This document shows, piece by piece, positions 41,105 through 53,300 of a stretch of DNA of 64,000 bases (its first letter is position 1; each line of letters starts with the position of its first letter). Under the pieces are notes generated by a model. That model ran no database searches, had not been told where the DNA came from, and saw only the letters and a program-made list of their open reading frames with translations. The stretch is from NCBI GenBank assembly GCA_036172245.1, contig JAYWIR010000010.1:4898001-4962000 (forward strand). Reading direction: 5' to 3'. This stretch comes from Raillietiella orientalis. Its lineage: Eukaryota. The position numbers and the translations under genes are program-made.

Positions 41105-44100
41105 ATTCGATGTCTTGAATATCGGTTCATGAACTTTTAATATGAGCTTCAAAAGTTTTCATGGCAAGCATAGCAAAATTACATTACGTTGCAGGTGGTT
41201 GAAATCAAAATTTGGAATGAGATAACCTCGCACATATGTGAAGCTGATTCATGAGAACCCCGAATCAATGCTTTCGTCCAGAAAATACAAAAGCACGACC
41301 GCAGACAAGCAGTTGCACTGTATAAAACATCTTTGACTCTAAGAATAAAAGTTTATTCTATAGACCTGCTTGAAAGACTGGTAAGGAAAAGCAGTAAATG
41401 TTACTTATTGTTAGAAAATATGAAAATAAGGAACAACAAAATGGATGTATGATTACTCATAATACTACCGAAAAGGTCCCAAAAACACAGTGACTGAACT
41501 TGCACCAACAGCAACAGGTACCAAGAACTCTTTCGGCAGAATTGAATAATGATGATTAATCATGATTTTGCTTATTTAATGAAGGAACCTTTCCCTATTC
41601 AAGTAGGCCTTCTAGATTTGATAATCAAAGACGTATTCACTGGAATTTTACGAATGAAATTTGTGGATTAGATTGGCTTGAGTTCCTCATAGCACGGAGT
41701 GTCTTTTTACAGAAACTGAAAAAAAAAAGATCCGAGAGGGAAAGATCATAGCAGCTGAAGAATTCTGGACACCAGAACATTATATTACAGCCTCAAGATA
41801 ATCCAAAAGAGCAATCACATTAGAGTATTTCCAACTTCTAAAATGTGAACAGAAGCATTATATCATAATGTCAGTGATTTGATCTCTTGTTTAAACAACT
41901 GCAAAAGTCTTCACACAAAGCTGGGATGTATAATGATGAGTAATCAATAATTCAATATACCGATATTACTACAGATTTAGCATACATTGCTTTCTGCTTA
42001 CACTTTATCATAAATTGCTTTTTCGTAATTCTAATTTTCTAACGGATAGGTAGCAAAGTCCTATTTTACTGTTCATTTTAATCGCCAAACAAGGTATATA
42101 AACAAACAGCATATCTTTTTTCGATAACAAAATAGTTCTGTTTCACTTGATCGTTTAAAGTGAGTTTCACATAAGGGGTCTGTTCAGTTCATCATGATGT
42201 GATCGAATTGATATGATGATTAGTTTCTTTTACTGTTCAGCCACCAAGAATCATCTATCGATCCTTTTTCTTTGCAGAAAACCTTCAATTTTTCATTCTC
42301 AAGCTATAAGTTTTACTCTCAAGCTATCCTAACATTCTTGTAACTGTTTTTGTATAAACTCTCAATAATCTTTTCTGTGTTTATTCTCATTGAACTCGCT
42401 CTTCAAAATACACACAACAGATTTAGGTACAAGTACCATGAGTTTTGACGTTAATTACAATCGCGTATTTATTGTAATCAATAAATACTTAATAAGTACT
42501 GTTGAAAAATAAATCCTGTTGGAATTTGTCAATAGCAAAAAGACGTGAAGGTTTTACTACAGAAGGATTATACTTGAGTATAACTATTCATAAGTTTTAG
42601 AATATCCACCCTACTAGATATTCATTACCTTTAATGGATACAAACATATATTTTAAAAATAAGTTCCAATACGAAAACATTCAATAATTTTCGACTCGAT
42701 ATTCACTAAACGTCTCGACAAATCGAACTTGAAGTTTAAGATTCACAAAAGTTTCAGTTTTGTAGAATTTTCAGTTCTCTGCATTTGTAAAAGTATTTGA
42801 AAATTTCCTTTGGATACGAAGCGTTTGAAGTGCTAATGTTCGCATTACACAACATTTAACATACAGCTTTTTAAAATAATAAATAACAGAAATAAATAAC
42901 AAACAGAAAATAACGGAAATCGGTCGATTTCCGTTATTTTATTGTCAAGAATAATATCGTGCTTTTGCATATTTTTGAAATCAAATTAAATATGGAAACA
43001 GTAACTTGATAAATCCAATCTAACAAATGTGACATTTTATCTTTCATGTTTTAGTAGGAAGAGCAATACTAGTAGAGATAAAAATTCAAAACCATTTATC
43101 TCAGTGCTATGAAATCGGTTATTTTGATAATACATTTGAAATTTCGTATTATTAATTCATTGTCAAGTCACTGTTGGTGACTGATTTAAAGGTGCTGATT
43201 GCATGATGAGATTTTTTTTGCTCTGAACGTTATTGCTTTTGTTCTGTTCAAGAAAAAGGTGCACTATACTTCCTGATTTTAATTCCTGCTGAGTCGGAAA
43301 ATGTATTTCTGAACCAAGACAATTTGACTGATTCATTACGATCATTTTAAATCTATTTTTGCTTACAACCTGGAATAAAAGGAACTTTCATTCTAAATAA
43401 TTAATCTCCATATCGCCCAGCCTTCTCACTCCAAAAGAAGGATAGAAGGAAAAAAAAAAAAAGCGAGAAGACCGAGGTGAAAACAAAGAAAGAATGTTGT
43501 AGTTTGAAGGAAGTTTTATGACTATTATTTTATCGAGATCAGAGATTTAAATTGAATTCAGTTATCATACTCTTCTTATCATTATCACATATCCTTATAA
43601 AGGTAATTGCAGTTACTTGAATGAAGAACGTTTTTTTTAATACGGTTTTTGACTCAATTCAATTTATAGGTTTAGAAAAACCTGGATATCAATCTCGGAA
43701 CGTATACCGAAAAAGAAATGAGTGCTAGAAGTCTTTGGATACATAATTAAACTATTAGTTATTAAACTATTTAGTTTTTTTGATAATTAAACTATTTCAT
43801 TTTTGTTTATTGTAGAGTCATTAATGGATTGAAATCTATGTAAGCGATTTTAGGAAAACAGGAGTAGTTATATTTTAAATGAAAAACTATACCTTAAAAT
43901 TGCAGTACACTCTGAAGAGAAATGGATTCTTAAGTGAATTTCTTTGAAAACACGACTTACATTTGGCTCTGTAGAAAACACCAAGTTATTTTGTTTTAAG
44001 ACTCTCTTTCCAGGGATCTCGAAAGCAAGGCCTAGAGTGAAATTTATTAATGAAAATGTTTGAAAATCTAGTTTTATTTATAATTCATAAAATTCTATCT

Positions 44101-44614
44101 TACTGGTCCATACATTAACAAAGAGTTGACTAGGAGCAGAAATTTCCTATCACCTTCTACAATACGATAATGAAGTTATTATGAAAACTCTAAAGATGTT
44201 CTGGTAAACCTTTTGAGCAGGAAATTACGATGTGAAAGCATGTGTTGTGCATACTTACCTTTGACTTGAGAAGTGTCTTAAGGAGGTTTTGCTAGTTAGG
44301 AAATTTGTCATTTAGGAAATGATTTAGGAAACTTTTGTGGCGAGATATGCATAGTAGATGGATATTGCATTTATATGTCTAATGTTCGATTCCTGAATTC
44401 AGCATTTATTCTGCGTCGCTGCAATCCGGAAATATCTTTATAAGCTTTTTTTTTTTAATGTGTTGCAAATACTTATAGTAACGACAGCAAAATTTTTTCC
44501 AGAGCTTTCCAGATTTTGCGTTTTCCTATGGTTTCTTAGTGCATATATGGCTACAAGTGTATGGTAGATTTGATAATTGAGCCCAAGCTACGTGAAATAT
44601 TGCATACTACATTG

Positions 44615-45342
44615 ATGGATGAGGTGAACTGTATAGATTATTTAGAATTCCAGGTATATGAATAGTTTATGGTAGTGAATGTGTTGATCTCGTTAATATT
44701 AATTAAATGAATAGAATAATGGAAATGCCTTTTCACCATGCTGGATTTATTTGTTTTTGTATTTGAACAAAGGAGACTCTAAAAAATATGAGAATTTTGG
44801 ATGATCGAATAGTATATGCACTGAATTCTTCAATTCCAACTGAATCCTTCAAAAATGACGTAAACGCCAGAAATACATGCAAAGACTTATACATGCAAGT
44901 AAGTTTTAATTTTTTTCTTCATGAATCCATGTTATTTAATGTTTACATGTATTTCAAATGAACAGTTTTTGAACATTTTAATTGCTTGCAATATGCTGAA
45001 CTTCACCTCGAAAGCTATTTTAGTTAAAAAGAAATTACGACGAAAGAAATTCGACTATCAGGAGATGCATTGCCACCATGTCTAACAGACTAGAAAATTT
45101 GAGGAAAAAGGCACAACAACATGAAAGTGATCAAAAGTTTCAGCATGCAATTCGTGATCAACAGAACAAGGTATATTACACTGAAATCCAATCAGCTTGA
45201 GGTTTCTTAGGTGAAACTGTTGCATTCAGAGTTAAATGTTGAAGAAATTTTAAAAGCTAGAACCATGAAGGTTTTTAGTGAGAGATGTCATTTTTATTAT
45301 AAACCAGATTCATCAGAGGACCAAACTGATTTAGATGAATAA
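44615..45342 (+). CDS. MIX23: MIX23 / CCDC58 mitochondrial intermembrane-space protein, 4 exons, 147 aa
   Basis: Exons 44615-44653 (MDEVNCIDYLEFQ), 44773-44898 (ETLKNMRILDDRIVYALNSSIPTESF...TCKDLY), 45024-45170 (...RNSTIRRCI...), 45211-45342 (VKLLHSELNVEEILKARTMKVFSERC...*). Matches the CCDC58 pattern (MR.IDD.I...LN...PT.SF; SELNVEE...R..KVF.ERC). Missed by the ORF track because exons are short. Confidence 0.93.
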
Positions 45343-46399
45343 TTAATTGATAATTAGTAATAAATTGATTTCAAAGTTATTCGCTTAATCATAATTTATG
45401 TAAAAATCATTATTTATTGTATGTGCTCAAAGTTCACTATCCCTGAATGATTCATGATAGAAGTCAATCAAATTGAATGCCACAAAAACGTTTTAAGTTG
45501 GGCATAGTTAGCAGCATATTATAACAACACCTGTAAGAAATCTGCTTTGCAATTCAAGTTTTTACTGGTGTCTGTATTACTGTAGCCTTAGGTATTTATA
45601 AGTCCAGGAAAGGTCTTAAGCATGCTGTAGGTAATGGTGTAATATTAAAATCAATAAATGCAATGAAATTTAAATAGTAATGGGGAAAACTTCGTTTTTC
45701 ATTCTCTTAAAGCTTTTTGAAACCAAGAATTGAATTTTTCCATGAAACAACATCCATAAATTTCACACTTAAGAAACTAAAATTTTTGTAGAATCTGAAT
45801 GGAAGTAACATATTGAAAATCAAAATATCTAAGGGAAATAGTGAAAGTTCTAAATTTGAGTATTGCTAGGAGTCTATTAATGAAATTTGGGTTGACATCA
45901 AACAAGTCTTCAGAACTTAAAATTTGATGTCTCGTGCTTGAACACAAAGTCATGGAATTTCCGTCAAGATTCACGGTAAATGCTAAACTGAAAACTATGA
46001 ACTAGGAAATTCTGCATAGGATGGATGAAAGTTTCAATTTGAAGAATATTTCATTACATTCACCAATAAGAAATCATTTATTGTTTAATGCTGATTGAAA
46101 TTTGGTATTTCCATTGTACTACATTACAAACACATGTTAAGTATTAACGTCATGATGTTGGTTGGACGCTACTTGAAAAATCTGTTGAAGCTTTCCTAAG
46201 ATGCACAATTAATTACACTTTGTCTTCAAGTTTTTCCCTTGGTGCTAATTGCAATGAAACAACAAATAACAAATACATGAAAGGCACTAACGGTCACACC
46301 GAATGTCCGGAACGGGAGGTAGGGGACCAGAAATGCATATCTAAAATACACAAAAAAAGTTACGGGGCGAGATGATGACGGGTTTTTGCGTTCGGCAGT

Positions 46400-49190
46400 T
46401 CCCTCCAAGCGGAACCGGCGTTGGATAACGAATGAACGCTCCTCACTTCTGGGAGTTCAGGCCGCCTCGCAGCCGTCGTCATGTTGACTTCAGCGAAAGA
46501 AGTGTCGTCTCAAAGAACCGCCCGAGACTCCAGCTGGTGGAGGGCCGGGAAGATAACGCGGATGCAACGCATCCTTACGATGAGCGCATCTAACGAAAAG
46601 CGTGAAGAAGCGGTGCATCCAAATTCTTGGGCTGTCCCCCTGGAGCAGGAGTACGGAAGGCGGCCGGCGCCACGTGCTTTGCAGGGCGCCGCAGTTGAGG
46701 AAAAGATGCGGGAGCATTTTCGCACCTTCCACACTTCGAAGATGCAACCTCCTGAGACAATGTTTACACGCAGGTTACAAGGAAAGCCCCAATGCAGCAG
46801 CAGAAGCGTGCCCTGTTTCCATCGTAGAGGGAACACAGACGTGTCCATGCACGAACGAGAGTCCACAAATTGTTCTGGTGGCACACTGAAGAGTTCACAC
46901 CAGCGAAGGACTGCTTTGGGAACATGGCTAGGCGTGGCACCTTCTGCCGGACTCCAGTCGCCCATGGGACGAGTTGATCCCGCCGGTAGGCAACTGTCCA
47001 CTAAAGCAGAAAGCGCTGCCGCAAGGGGCGTGGAGAGCCCACTTGTGCTGTTCCTGCAGCACTTCCTCCACTGGACACGATGGGGAAAGGTGCACGCAAC
47101 AAAGTTCCAAAACGACCACTTGCCTCGCGACGGTACCGGCGCGTGTCCCGGTTCGTCGGGCGGCAGGGGAATCAAGAGTGGGCTGCCAGGGACGAGCACG
47201 AGCTGCCCGAAGGGGAGCTCAAGAAGCCTCTCGTGGTGGCGCGCTGGGCATGCGGCAGCAACGAAAGCAGCAACTGGGGATGACCGAGAGCTTCAGGAAA
47301 ACTCTTCATGAGCTCGTACACCGAGTGGATTCGCAATACTCGTACATGCCGTGCATCAACGAACGTTTCTTGGAACAGGTGCTTGGAGAACGCAAAATGA
47401 GGTGCCTTTCAAGTTGAGTGTTGAGTGTCCCTTCACGGATGCGTTTCGCGAAACTCCAAGCCGTGCACGCGCCACCATCCCGCTCACCAGCCTGCTTGCT
47501 GTTGTCGCACGCAACAAGCAGAGCATGCGCCAACGAACCGTGTCTTTGAGGCAAGCGCGCGTTCCACGCACCGCTGCTGCGCTGAACAAAAAATCCGACG
47601 CCTATTCCGTCCTTCGCGATTCGCCCAACGGGCGTGTGCTGCGCTGATCCCGACGCTCGTACGGGATGTACGGGAAGGGCCGGTGCACAAGTGCGAGGAT
47701 ATTCCAGGGAACGGAACGCGCACGCCTTGGATGGTCACAACGTACAAACGACGAAAGACTGCCGCTAGACGGGACGAGAAAAGAGGAAAGCGACGAACGG
47801 GCCGAATTGTTCGCGAGAATGGGGAACAGCGAAGATCGAGCCAAAGTGGGAGCGTGGGCGTGCGAGAAACGCTCCCGTTTCCCTTCCTTCGCACTTTTCT
47901 GCGCATGAGCGTGCACCGAACCAGGATGAAGTGGCACTCGCCAAAGGCATTGCTCGAGCGTCGGTTGTGTGACGTGAGCACGGCCACCTCTCACTTCGAC
48001 AACGATTCCCGTTGCTTAGCAAAGGAGATTTTTCCTGACGGAAGAATTTGCTGTGTGCTTCTTGCGAATTCGGTTGTCGGATCGACTCGCGCATTTCGTG
48101 AAAGAGATTGCGACTCGGAGTATCGTACTGCTGCTCAATCCAGTGCTTATCTACTTGTGCATCGCTTGTGAATTCGGAAGTTCGTAGCGGATAGCGAATC
48201 CCAACCGGAAGTAATTCGCACCCCTACGAATCCGGAACTTCGGATTCGGTTCCGAAACCAAACGGAAAGCGAATCTGGTCGCTTGTGACCCCGAAAAAGC
48301 ACATGCCTATCCTGCTGCCGAGGTATTCCCGAAGAAGTGACGTACTGCGAACTCAGAAAACCCGGTGGTTGAAAGCAGCTGGAAATCTGATCCAGAAACA
48401 AAGCTGAGTATCGGTAAGATGAATGCAAGGTCCGTGAGAATGTCCGAAATCCTGTGGCGCACGTGTGCCGCAGGTAGTGATTCATGGCTTGTGCACGACT
48501 TCCAGGTCGAGTCCCGCAATTGGGAAATGTGTTCAGGCTGGATTGGGATCTCGTCTAGGATCATGTCCCTGCGTTTCGTGAAGGAGGATCCCGATTCCCC
48601 GAAGCAACAAGCTTCCATTCGGACAGGAGAAAGTGAGATTCTGTTCGGAAAGCCATCCTCTGTTACGATGCCTTCTCAGAGACACCAGAAGGGAACGGAA
48701 GAGGAGTGGCCACCAGCAAGCAGGATTGGCGCGGTGCCCGAAACTTACCCAAACGACCACAAGTGGAGGTACCCCTTCCTCTTCCGGGCAGCAGCGTGCA
48801 CTGCCCCCCGACGATGCACGCTGCGGACTCGCATCCAGTTCCACTTCGGGCTCTTCCTTACTGTGCTGCTCCCACAACTCTTTTATCGCCCCGAAGATCT
48901 GAAGAGAAAAGAATAGAAAAAAAACAAGAAAGAAAATAGCCAAATGAATTACCTCATTGCGGCGCCAGAAAGCGAATGCCACGGCTCCTAAAATGGAGAC
49001 GGCAATTCCGGCTCTAGAAACACCTGATTTTAGAAAAAAATAAAAGAAGCTCTGGCTCCGAATCGCGGGAGGTCACCCTGTCTCGAGGAACTTCCGCTAC
49101 CCCTTGTGTGCCGTTTCGGGACGAGAACGAACCACGAATCTTGCACGTCCTTTATACTTCAATCCGAAGGTCTTGACGCGTTTGTGCACT
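46400..49190 (-). mobile_element. Degenerate DNA-transposon composite, copy 1 (P-like transposase fragments plus SWIM-domain ORF remnant)
   Basis: - strand: KSPKWNW...RKRKGYLHL then gtaag donor (about 48745-48860), MILDEIPIQP (48535-48564, like L..DEM.I) and ILSFVSGSD (about 48385-48411, like IVSD.G) of P-element transposases; DGNRARFCCCIG SWIM-like segment (46787-46828). Segments about 46690-46950 and 48740-49190 recur at about 56290-56540 and 57035-57680. Confidence 0.45.
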
Positions 49191-50303
49191 CCGAACTACC
49201 AGTAATTAGAAACAAATATTTACAAAACACTCTAGAGAAACTTCCAGCTGTGACTTCCATATCCTCCTCAAATACCACATACACTTAGGTGTCTCTCGTA
49301 TCCATCGGTTTGTGAATGTTCCACATCATGTTTCCGTGGTCTCTGTTGCCGCAGGTGCGTAAACGAATGCTTGCTGCCAACCATTGACCGCTATTTCAGA
49401 TAGCGGTAGCCTTTCTTGCTGATGCTGTACAAATAGAAGATAATCACTGGAACATGAGGTCGTTGAGTTTTTTCCTTTCTTCTTAGTAGCGATAGTCGGA
49501 TATCGGTCTATCTTTCCTGGATGTGCATCTCGCTGACAAGCAACGACCGAAATCTCGTACGGTGTCTCGCGAATCCTCCTGCGCAGAAGATTCGGATGGA
49601 TGCGCGAAAAACTCTGAAACCGATCTTTGGCCTCAGGTGCGCTTTCCTTTAGCTTTCTTGTTCGTGTTTTTTGGAGAATCAAGGGGATTCCTACGAGTCG
49701 AAGCTTCTTAATACACGCTTTTCTCGAACCTTCGAATGAATAATAAAACGCTAGGCAAGGACCTCTTTGGAGGGACTCACGGGACAGCTCTTGCGGTTGC
49801 AGTTCGGTGAATTCCATCTTCGAGAGACGAATGAGGGGGAACATCTTGGCTCGTAGGGGAGTCCAGCTAAAATTGTAGTGAAGACAAATGCCTTCCTTCC
49901 ATTCCAATCCCATGAATGCAGCTCCGTTTTCGAATACGAAGGTCACGAACTCCTGAGACAAAGGACTCGTGCTTATGCCACCAGAGGATAGCTTTCTTCA
50001 GAATGCTTGTGATAGTGAGAACCGGTAGTCCAAGTTACGTCCGTTTCGTTACAGCAATGGTCGGTCAGTTCTCTGGGAACAGCACGAGCGCCGGAAGAGG
50101 ATGGCTTAAAGGAGTCTGCGTATTCTGCGACAGATAGGCTTTCCACCGGGATTCATCCATCTGAAGGTCTTCAGGCTTTTGAATTCTAAATTCATTTCTC
50201 CGAATACTTAATCGATGACCCCTTCCTGACGAAATATGTGCATTCTGGTACTTTGCTTTTACATTGGCGGTTGCGTTTCGCCGATTTTCCTCTTCCACTC
50301 ACA

Positions 50304-53300
50304 GAACACGACGTCCTGCACTCCAGGAGATCTCTTGCTTCTTTATCCCCGAAGGATAAGAACCGAAAATATGCACGATTGCTTTCCCTCATTCCTTAAA
50401 GAAATTTTCGAAGATTTCTTCCGAGAGGCTTAACATACGACCCTCCCCTCCGTCCAGAAGTCCTCAACGGTACACAGAACGAGGATGAAGCTCTCGATGG
50501 AACAGTGGAGAACCTGGCAGATGGAGAACTGGAACAGGTGACTGCGCTGCTCACTTCATTGAAATCCTCTCAGCATCTAAAAATTGGAGTGTGCATTCGT
50601 TTAATCTGGAGTGCAAAATGGCCGTTTCTTTTTTAGAACAGCCTTTCAAACTGTTCGTTGGTGACCTCCTCCTGACAAAGGAACAGATGCGAGCAATTCA
50701 AGAGAAATCCTGCTTTTCATCCAATTTGTGGCCATCTTCGAATTTGACTCGTACAAATCTCTTATGGAGTTCAATCCGATGGTACGTGCATTATTATTCC
50801 CATACTGAACGATTGTACGAGACACTGTGAAAAAATCTGAAAGTGCAAATGAAGCTCTACGCAAATCGGTCACTTTGGTTAATCAGAAAATTCGACGAAT
50901 CATAGCAACACTGTCTTCTACTGTAGAGAATTGAGAGGGCAGGGTCGTTCGTCTGAGATCTTGGGGGTTAATTTTGTTCAGATCTGTAGTCGATGCAACC
51001 TCTTTCAGTGGGTAGCACCAACTGAAAATCTTTCTCCTGAATTCGCGATTGCTGCCGGTGATGGAGGGAGTGATGTCGGGAAGCGTTCGAACGGACTTAG
51101 CATGAACTTTACATGGAAGAACGTGCGCTCTTCTTATTGATGCCACACGATAAGTTTGGTGGGAGAAGCCATGATGAGAGAATACGCTGACAACGGTCGC
51201 TTGCACATCTGCAAGGATAAACTTCCCGATATGAATTCGAAGGATGCTTCCTTCAGAGGAGGAAGTGCCTAACCCGCGGTTATGGGAACTTCTGCAGAGA
51301 AATATGACTGTAGGCGAAGCCCACAGAGACGGAAGCGTTCAAAAATATAGTATATCTCTTCATGACTTTGGGGATATTGCTGAAGTTTGGTTGTGATGCT
51401 GTTCTCGGCTCTTGCTCTCACTGTGACCTTGTAAGGTCCTCATTGAAATTGCAGAGGAACATGCGCTAGTAAATGACCAGATCTGAAAGATCTCCAAACT
51501 GCCCGAGAGTTGCTCAATGAACTGCGTAAGAAATCCGTTAGACGATACTCATAAGGAGAAATGCAATCTACTCAACTTCATTTTTTCAGTACGCCCTGAC
51601 GTTCTGAAGGTGATTCTATAAACAACTACCATGATAAAACCTGCATACGATTTTCGAAAGTAGATGTCGACCATCCTGATTATCATCATTATAATCCGCA
51701 ATGGTACTGGCGGTAGCGCCAACATCGGGTACATCGGAGGCTATTTTGGTGTTGGGAATCAGCAATTTGTCAACCTGGCACCGGAGTGCAAATCGGTAAT
51801 TAATGTTGAGTCATGGTGTTTTAGGAGAATCCGTGATGCAATCGAGTGCCATACATGTGCACGCAGAATGTCACCTTATTCCATTTCGGAAAAGGTTGTG
51901 TTCAAACGGCAATACCTATAAGGTGACAAACTGCTAGGATGCAGCCGTCAAAACCATTCTCCGTGGAGACAATTTTCTTTATTTTTGCAGAGCATAATCT
52001 TCTACGTGTGCTCGTGACAAACTCCCTATTTTCTCGGGAGAGGGATACAATTTAAACTCTTCCTTTCTATCATCCCTTACAAATTCCCTTCAGCTGCTTT
52101 GCTAACCATTTTACTTGTATGTCAGGTGGGCATAGTCATTTCCGAGCTTGGTCACAGCACTGGAATGAGCCACGAACAAAGTCGTCCTTACCGGGATGAG
52201 TACATATTCGTCAACATAGACAATGTAAAACCAGAAAATAGGTATAGTTACTATATGAAGCAGTGCAACACTTACAACGTGCCCTACGACTACTACAGCA
52301 TTATGCAGTACAGATTCAATGTAAGTACTCGGATGCAGCTCTCCATTATCCAGCAGATAATGGAGATCTTCTGTCTTAATAATAGAGATAGTAGTGCTTT
52401 CCGAACGCCATTTCTAGACTATGAGTGTGAACACCCCGCGAAAATACACTAGGACACCACGGGCATATTTTGCGTCGCTGCTCTTCCGTACGAATCATCT
52501 TCACGGCTCTTTGCATGATTCGAGAAGAATTCCGTCGTTAAGCAAATTGCAGTCCACGAAATGTTTTGGTGTATCACTAGTAACGTTCTAAATGAGGCAT
52601 ATTACTGCATGTTTTGGTTTTCTTCTTTTCGAAAATTCCCGAAGACATGCACTGTTTCCGGATGCCCTTCTCTGACCCCAAAAAGCACCCAAAATAAAAC
52701 AACCGTTGGATTCTCTATTCTAACCTGCAAATGACCGACTATTTGATTTTTTCCCATCTCGAACTTTGCAATTGCGACAGAGGGACAAGTTTATTTTTCT
52801 GCCCTGGAACCAGGCTGAAAGAAATTTCTGACCTGAAGAATCCCTAGTACCTCAGATTTGTCATGCGAGCCGCTGCACTTATTCCAGTGATCATTTTGCT
52901 AATTTGCTTACAGTCTTCAAAGCCACGCGGTACGGAAGTCGGCCGATGGCGATTTGCCTTTTCCTCAGTCTACCTAAGAAAAGCATTTCTCATGCAACGC
53001 AAGAGGCTTCATCCACGCCGGATTGGAAAAGACGGATTCTTTGCTGTTCTAGCTTAATGATATATCAAAATAGAAGGCTAAACCTTCCCCAATTTTCGAA
53101 GCGAATTGTTTCGAAGCGATTGCATACTTTTTGTGCACTCCATGCAAGATTCATCGTCGCCTAGAACATGCACACGAGAACGAAAAATCAGTGATCTTCG
53201 AGTTCTGAGCGGTTAACAAAAGACAAATCGAACTGATTTTCAGACCTTTAGCGTCGATGGTTCTGAGGCCATCGTGACGAAAGATATCCTTAAGCAGCCT

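Noticed and set aside
49326..49961. 211-aa - strand ORF with CLAFYYSFEG (MAM-domain-like)
   Set aside because: Single short motif, no supporting splice structure; cannot be called.
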